Origin: a virus
Taxonomy: Duplodnaviria > Caudoviricetes
Strand: one strand, 5' to 3'
IMG/VR virus record: IMGVR_UViG_3300043493_000077
Location: 1-41,750 of that record
Length of the DNA: 41,750 nucleotides
In this document: positions 41,264 to 41,750 of the stretch, piece by piece
How positions within the stretch are numbered: the stretch's first letter is position 1
Layout of the letters: each line of letters begins with the position of its first letter
The notes under the pieces: model-generated
What the model saw: the letters and a program-made list of their open reading frames with translations, nothing else
Databases searched by the model: none
Told to the model about the DNA's origin: nothing
Program-made: the position numbers and the translations under genes

Positions 41264-41750
41264 GGCGTTGTGTTCTCCAAAGCCGCGTTGATCTGTTCGA
41301 GCGCCGCGGCCACGATTACGCCGACAAAATCAGTTCCCGCGATGCCCGTTTCGATGGCGGTCGTCATCATCTGGCCGACGCTCTCGCCCAATGTGTCCCA
41401 CTGCTTCTGCGCCTGTTCGCCGGTCATCGCGTTGCTGATGGTGGTTACGGCGTCGAGGCCAAATTGCTGCAAGCCGGAGTCTGCGCCCTTGCCCAGCCCG
41501 GCCTGCATCTGTGCGCTTGCCTGCGACCAATCGCCCTGGCCGGCGCCACCGCCAGAGGTCGTGTTCATCATCCAGTCGGCAGGCACCTCTCCGCCCAACC
41601 TTCCGGGAAGTACGCCCTGGAATCCCGCCGCGGCGACAATGCGTGGATCAAGGCCAAGCCAGTTGAGCAGGTTGTTCTGCCCTTGCTGCCCGCGCTGCCG
41701 CTCTTCGAGGTCGCGCACCACAGCATCCTTGTTGACGAACTTTTCGATGT
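41260..41750 (-). CDS. Tail tape measure protein, C-terminal part (enters from the window end)
   Basis: Open from the window end (IEKFVNKDAVVRDLEE...) to the stop at 41260; precedes Dit, hub and fibre genes. Confidence 0.75.
   Translation of the reverse strand, partial: IEKFVNKDAVVRDLEERQRGQQGQNNLLNWLGLDPRIVAAAGFQGVLPGRLGGEVPADWMMNTTSGGGAGQGDWSQASAQMQAGLGKGADSGLQQFGLDAVTTISNAMTGEQAQKQWDTLGESVGQMMTTAIETGIAGTDFVGVIVAAALEQINAALENTTP

Noticed and set aside
1-41750. Frequent GCCGGC as a HIP1-like iterated palindrome
   Set aside because: It looks common but could reflect Ala-Gly codon pairs in GC-rich genes; it needs a codon-aware count that I could not run

Overview
The window reads as a near-complete (~41.8 kb), circularly permuted genome of a temperate siphovirus-like phage in its excised (attP) form. 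The host is probably Chloroflexota, inferred from protein and repeat style only. On the minus strand it carries replication (O-like initiator with five iterons), a Dam-like methylase, lysis (glycoside-hydrolase-like + M23 endolysin), packaging, head and tail modules; the tape measure gene is split across the two window ends. On the plus strand it carries a tyrosine integrase next to a tRNA-Glu(CTC)-derived attP, early genes, HNH nucleases and an accessory block (MTase-Mrr-like fusion, excalibur protein, membrane protein). The most unusual signal is a set of five families of very short (about 17-40 nt) hairpin repeats, over 20 copies in total. Most sit inside unrelated open genes, in both orientations and several reading frames, and two families show compensatory stem changes, suggesting non-autonomous peptide-inserting micro-elements. 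Other notable features: a frameshifting lesion that removes the terminase Walker B motif, three sar-like antisense RNA cassettes, no recognisable CI repressor (an HTH_17 protein sits at the divergent promoters instead), a switchable structured late leader, and a cysteine-poor Com-like gene ahead of an attenuator. All family calls are from motif recognition by eye; no searches were run.
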